Positions 63,589-64,000 of a DNA stretch of 64,000 nt are shown piece by piece. Where the stretch lies: positions 316,386,001 to 316,450,000 of the forward strand of contig NC_091979.1 of NCBI RefSeq assembly GCF_044704955.1, written 5' to 3'. Source of the DNA: Pristiophorus japonicus. Taxonomy: Eukaryota. A program made the position numbers and the translations under genes. Every line of letters starts with the position of its first letter. Positions within the stretch are counted from its first letter, which is position 1. The notes under the pieces are model-generated. The model saw only the letters and a program-made list of their open reading frames with translations. It was not told the DNA's origin and did no database searches.

Positions 63589-64000
63589 TTAGATAGAAAG
63601 ACGTAATTCACAAAGAGCACTTAGATATTCTTCATTGTCACAATCAAACTCCAAGGCCTTTTCAAAGCACTCAATAGCTTCACACTTCTCCCCATCCAGC
63701 TGGTGCAGTAACCCAAGAACACCAAAGGCCTTGCTGTCTCTGGGATTCCTGTCAATTTGTTTTGTTGCAATCTTTCTCAAGTTTTCGCGACACAATTGCC
63801 ATTCCACTGTGTCACGTTGGATTTTAAGTCCTTCCAGAAAATAGCTGATGGCATTTGATTCAGATCTTTTGTGATGCAGTTCATATAACCCAAACTGCGC
63901 ATATACTGCCTGCTTATTATCAGGATGAAAATCATCTAATTTCAGTAGATTACTGTAAATCTCCTCTACTTTGAGATATTCTCCATTTAATGAACAGATT
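63589..64000 (-). CDS. IFIT5: IFIT copy D, 3' part of exon 2 (continues beyond window)
   Basis: Reads ...EYLKVEEIY...GLYELHHKRS...ALCELRLSI stop. Symbol means IFIT5-like. Confidence 0.9.
   Translation of the reverse strand, partial: ICSLNGEYLKVEEIYSNLLKLDDFHPDNKQAVYAQFGLYELHHKRSESNAISYFLEGLKIQRDTVEWQLCRENLRKIATKQIDRNPRDSKAFGVLGLLHQLDGEKCEAIECFEKALEFDCDNEEYLSALCELRLSI

Larger units (their letters stand above)
46626..64000. repeat. Tandem segmental duplication unit 3 (truncated by window end)
   Basis: Collinear copy with an expanded minisatellite; ends inside IFIT exon 2. Confidence 0.97.

Overview
Eukaryotic (vertebrate) DNA. The repeat content (CR1 LINEs with (GAAACATA)n-type tails, a DeuSINE/SacSINE1-like element, Harbinger remnants) points to a cartilaginous fish, probably a shark; this is inference. 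The whole window is a head-to-tail tandem array of a ~23.2-23.4 kb unit (starts 1, 23213, 46626; about 2.75 copies, near-identical by eye, running off both ends). Each unit carries one minus-strand, two-exon IFIT gene (interferon-induced TPR protein, IFIT5-like C-terminus): TATA + ISRE promoter, a short exon 1 ending ATGAG|GTAAAG, a ~6.2 kb intron and a 1453-bp coding exon 2 (485 aa product). Parts of four IFIT copies are visible: two complete, one exon 1 only, and one 3' part of exon 2. The rest of each unit is nested, decayed transposons: a Tx1/L1-clade LINE, several CR1 LINEs, a solo LTR with TSD, Harbinger Myb/SANT and transposase-like remnants, a SINE split by an L2 tail, and two minisatellites. 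Indel markers group the units inconsistently, suggesting ongoing unequal crossing-over or gene conversion. TE boundaries are approximate unless a TSD is stated.
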